DNA of 64,000 nucleotides from Prorocentrum cordatum (lineage: Eukaryota): the NCBI GenBank assembly GCA_963575745.1, contig CAUYUJ010000001.1, positions 2,728,001 through 2,792,000 of the forward strand, given 5' to 3'. A model generated the notes under the pieces. It searched no databases and was not told the origin of the DNA. It saw only the letters and a list, made by a program, of their open reading frames with translations. Position 1 is the stretch's first letter. Each line of letters begins with the position of its first letter. Shown piece by piece: positions 60,199 through 64,000 of this stretch. The position numbers and the translations under genes are program-made.

Positions 60199-61612
60199 AG
60201 CAATTGCTCCAGAATGGCGCTTCGCCAGATGGCTCTCGTCGTGGTATGTACGCGAAGACCCGAAAAAGAGCCCCACAGGACCGCCCGGTCTGGCAGCCGC
60301 CTCGCCTGAGACCTCCGCACGCTCGACTCGGGAATCGCGCTCTCGCCCCGATGCAACTTTTTGCTTGCCTGGACGGTCACGGACCAGCGTGACACGGCAC
60401 GAGGGTGCACGTGGCCGTGCTCCCAACCCTGTCCCAGCTGCATCTTAGACCCCTCGCCGACCTCTCGCTCCTCGACCCGTCTCTTCACCTTTTGCTGCTG
60501 TCAGGGTGCGCTGCTGGGGTGAAGCCTTCTCCGAGGAGAAAAACTCAAGCGAAATTGGACCGGTCATCGCAAGGGCATTCGCCAGACAGTTCGCCACTCT
60601 CTGCGCCGATTCAGCCTCTGGGCCCCCTGGACCGAAACTTGAGAGATTACGTATTCTGTCCAACCAGCGAGTAATTAGCTGTATCCGCCACCGTGCCCTG
60701 CGGCATGAGTTGGCATGTCCTCAGGTCCCTTGAGCCTTCCGTCCTCAGTCCTGATGAACAACTATGGCATGGCCTGGGTCCAGAATTGCTGGATTCGTGG
60801 GGCGGCCCGCATGCCGCGGGGTGTCCACCGCATCCTGGGGCGTGTCCCCGCATGTCTTCCTCGGAGCCAAGAGGGCCCCAAAACAGGTCAAGAGGGCCCC
60901 AGGAGGCGCCCGAGACGGTCCAAGAGGGCCCTGGGTCGGTGCACGACCGCTCTAAGATGCCCAAGATGGCCTCACGATGGCCCAAGAGGCCCCCAAGATG
61001 CCCCGAGAGTCCCAAGAGCCCCTCCCATAACGTCCCAAGATGCCAAAACCAATGACTTCCCTCAGGGCTTTGAACGATTAAAGAGTTCTCGCCTCTTCGG
61101 AGTTCCCACGCTCCAGGACAGCCCAAGCGGCCCCCCATAGCGCCCTACAGTAAGTGTCCCAAGAGGTGCCCAGGACGGCCCAAGAGGGCCCGAGGAGGGG
61201 CCCACGAAAGGCCCCCTTCGGCCGTCTTGGGAGCCCGTTGGGTCGTTTCTAGGCCGTCTTGGGCCTGCCCGTCTTTGGCCCGTCTTGACCGTCTTGGGAG
61301 CGTCTTCGGGCCTTCTTGGGCCCTCTGGGGCTGTCTTGGGGACATCAGGGGCCCCCCATGGGCGCCGTCGAACTAGCCCCTTCCGTGAGGCCAAATGTCT
61401 GGGTGTGACAATCTTCCAATGAATAATTGAAGAGTTTTTCAAAGCTGTTCCCAGAAAACTTAAGAGACGTTCGGTAAAGCTACACCGAGAACCCTTCGGG
61501 GCAATCATGTGGCCTCTGAGGCCGCCCTGGGCTCTTGGGGGGCCGGTGTGGATGATTCCGGGAGCGCGGGCAAGCCCTCTGTCTTCCGCATCGCTGCTTC
61601 CCCGCTGCCGCT

Positions 61613-62938
61613 TCAGGGTGCAGCACCGCCCGCTGGCCTCTCCCAGCTCACGGCGCGCGTCCGCGAATGGTAGTAATACGACCGCCCGCTGGCGGGGTCT
61701 GCCGCCTCGAGCCACAGGCCTCCCGCGTCGCCTGGCCGTTGCGCCGACCCCGCCGCGGCCGTCGGCGTGCCACCCGCCAGCCACCGCTCCACGGCCTGGG
61801 TAACGCGCGTCTGCTGGGTGCCGCTGCGCCGGGCGGCCTCCAGCAGGCGCCTCGCCGCCGCCGCGGCCGGCGGCGTGGGCGCCAGCGACCCGTCGAGGAC
61901 CTGCTGCAGGCTGCCCCCGAGGACGGCCGCCAGGTGCTCCTCCAGGAAGAACTTGTCCGGCGCCACGCCCTGCTGGGACATCCGCGCGGCCAGCCGCGAG
62001 ACACGGCTGTGCCCCGCCTCGGGGTCAGCGCCTGCCAGGCCGGAGGCGCGGTAGATGCCCATCACGATCGTGTAGTGGACCACGTCGGGCTTCACGGGCC
62101 CGTCCGCCATGTCGTGCAGGAGCTTCTCGGCGCGATCGGCATCGCCCGCGCAGCGGCATGCCTTGAGCATGCACCCCAGGTGACTCCGAGAGGGCTGTAG
62201 CTCATAGCTGGCCATTGCGTCGAGGTGCCTCTGAACCTCGGCCAGGTCTCCAACACTCGCCGCGGCACTCATTATTGCTGTGAAAGCTGCTCCAGTGGGC
62301 CGGAGTCCTCTAGCTATCATATCTTCCCAGATATCATTGGCCTGCTGGTGACGAGATAATTTTCCACACAATTGAATGGCAGTCGTATATGGGGGAACAT
62401 TGTTTGCAATGCCCAGTTTTCGCATTTCATTAAACAGCTCAAGGCCTTCCACGCAGCGGGAGCATCCTCCATACAAGGCCATCGCCGAAACGTACACAGG
62501 CTCAGTCAAAGCCAAACTGGTCGTCCTTAAACTCTCGAACAGCTCAACTCCCTGCGAGTAACGGCCACAACGGACTGCTCCTGCTAGCATCGCGCTGTAC
62601 ACGATTGTGTTTTTCTGTTCGATGCTATCGAATACCTTCCATGCCTCTGCATAATTCCCTTGCTTCGTGAGCTGCTCAATCGCTTTAGTGAAGCGCCTGT
62701 TCGATGGCGTATCATGCTCCATATTCAAGGTGTCAGCTGTGCGCGCGCTCCGTGGCAGTTTGCTGCTCGGCAGCGTCAATCCCAATGCAGCCCGGTTGCG
62801 CTGACAAGCAAAACTGCTCAGACATCTGCAGGCAATGCTGACAACATGCAGTGCTTCACGTCTCGGCGTGAGAGCGTTTGTGCACAAACCAACCCTCGTA
62901 ACGAATGCGCGTAATTCGGGTCCAAACCTCACGGTCAT
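61613..62938 (-). CDS. Pentatricopeptide-repeat (PPR) protein with a C-terminal WW domain, intronless (alternative start at 62722)
   Basis: About 7 tandem ~35-aa PPR motifs (e.g. VPPYTTAIQLCGKLSRHQQANDIWEDMIARGLRPT; RSHLGCMLKACRCAGDADRAEKLLHDMADGPVKPD) and WLEAADPASGRSYYYHSRTRAVSWERP (WW signature). Confidence 0.88.
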   Translation of the reverse strand: MTVRFGPELRAFVTRVGLCTNALTPRREALHVVSIACRCLSSFACQRNRAALGLTLPSSKLPRSARTADTLNMEHDTPSNRRFTKAIEQLTKQGNYAEAWKVFDSIEQKNTIVYSAMLAGAVRCGRYSQGVELFESLRTTSLALTEPVYVSAMALYGGCSRCVEGLELFNEMRKLGIANNVPPYTTAIQLCGKLSRHQQANDIWEDMIARGLRPTGAAFTAIMSAAASVGDLAEVQRHLDAMASYELQPSRSHLGCMLKACRCAGDADRAEKLLHDMADGPVKPDVVHYTIVMGIYRASGLAGADPEAGHSRVSRLAARMSQQGVAPDKFFLEEHLAAVLGGSLQQVLDGSLAPTPPAAAAARRLLEAARRSGTQQTRVTQAVERWLAGGTPTAAAGSAQRPGDAGGLWLEAADPASGRSYYYHSRTRAVSWERPAGGAAP

Positions 62939-63654
62939 GCGAGCCCGCGTGACCGCCCAGGTGGCACAATAACTTGCTCAACATCTATGAGGAACACCAC
63001 AGGGCTTCGACCAAAGTAACTACGGCGTCGGCATGCCATCATGGAGCTTCTTGAACTTCTCTTGGGGCTAGCCTGGGGTCTTCCTGGGACCGTCTTGGAT
63101 GTCTTCTCTGAGGGCCTCTGGGACCTCCCAAGCCTGACCCCATGACGATCCCATTGAACAGCCTGAGCGGAAAGGAATAGAGCATCCACACACCGACGCA
63201 AATGCAGAGGCATTCGTGAAACACACACACACACACATTCAAAGGGTGTTACACTTGCGTGAAGTTGGCGCATACTTCGTCGTCACCCTCCTCTTTATCA
63301 TCGTCTTCACGAGGAAGAGGGCCACCTGGGTCACTGGACTTCGCGCCTCACGCGATGCGAAGCGCGATTATCTTCGCGCGGTCGCCCCGCTCCAGTGAGA
63401 CGGAACAGCTCCTGGCTCAGGCCACGAAACACGCGGGCACGTTTAGCTTCGCGCTCCCGAGGTTGCCCAACAATGTACGGGTGTCTACTGATGTGAGGGG
63501 CAACATTGGGGGGACGACCAGCTCAGCGGGTGGGGGACACTGAGCCGGAAGCGGAGATACAAATCCCAACCGATCGACGCTGGGCCCCCCGATAGCGAAC
63601 CGCGGTCAGGGGCATGGTGGGCTATCCGGCCCCTGTCGGCGATCGATGGGCGAT

Positions 63655-63827
63655 CTAGGGCTCCCAACTTCGCGCTTCGCGCTCCGCGAAGCGCGAAGCG
63701 CGAATAACTTCGCGCCCTCGCGCCGCCCCCCCAAAGGGAGAAAAGGAGGACGAGGAGGAGGGGGAGAAGGAACGAGGACCGCGAAGCGCGAAGCGCGAAT
63801 AACTTCGCGCCCTCGGGGGAGCCCTTG
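63655..63827. mobile_element. MITE family B, copy 2 (173 bp), 5-bp TSD GCGAT
   Basis: Near-identical to 23767-23939. GCGAT at 63650-63654 and 63828-63832. Confidence 0.9.
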
Positions 63828-64000
63828 GCGATTGGGGGGTCGATGCACCACCCCCCCCTGAGCCCATCCCCCCCCCCCTGACGTTTCCCCTGTAGACGCA
63901 ACTCCACCAGAATCGCTCAAGAATCGGGTCTGAAGCGCAGGCTGCGCCATCACATCCTCGCACCATGATTTCCCGAGTGCCATGTCTGTTGTACCATACG

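Overview
GC-rich, repeat-dense eukaryotic DNA. It is almost certainly dinoflagellate: it contains a 21/22 match to the dinoflagellate spliced leader, GC-AG and GA-AG introns, and a DNMT of the retroelement-associated type. A Prorocentrum-like source is my inference only. Most ORFs in the track are artefacts of low-complexity DNA. The main discovery is a complete 14,540-bp DNA transposon at 42849-57388. It has an exact 8-bp target-site duplication (GGCTATAG), bipartite 25-bp TIRs and shared subterminal and internal motif arrays. It carries two spliced genes: a ~1,500-aa divergent DDE/CxxH (hAT-like) transposase with HMG-like and Cys/His modules, and a ~1,100-aa protein of unknown function. Also present: a decayed near-full-length LINE with a spliced-leader relic at its 5' end, a decayed cytosine methyltransferase, two MITE families with verified 5-bp TSDs, Helitron/Helentron-like non-autonomous elements, an intronless PPR+WW gene, and many micro- and minisatellites. 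All family assignments come from motifs read by eye; no database searches were run.
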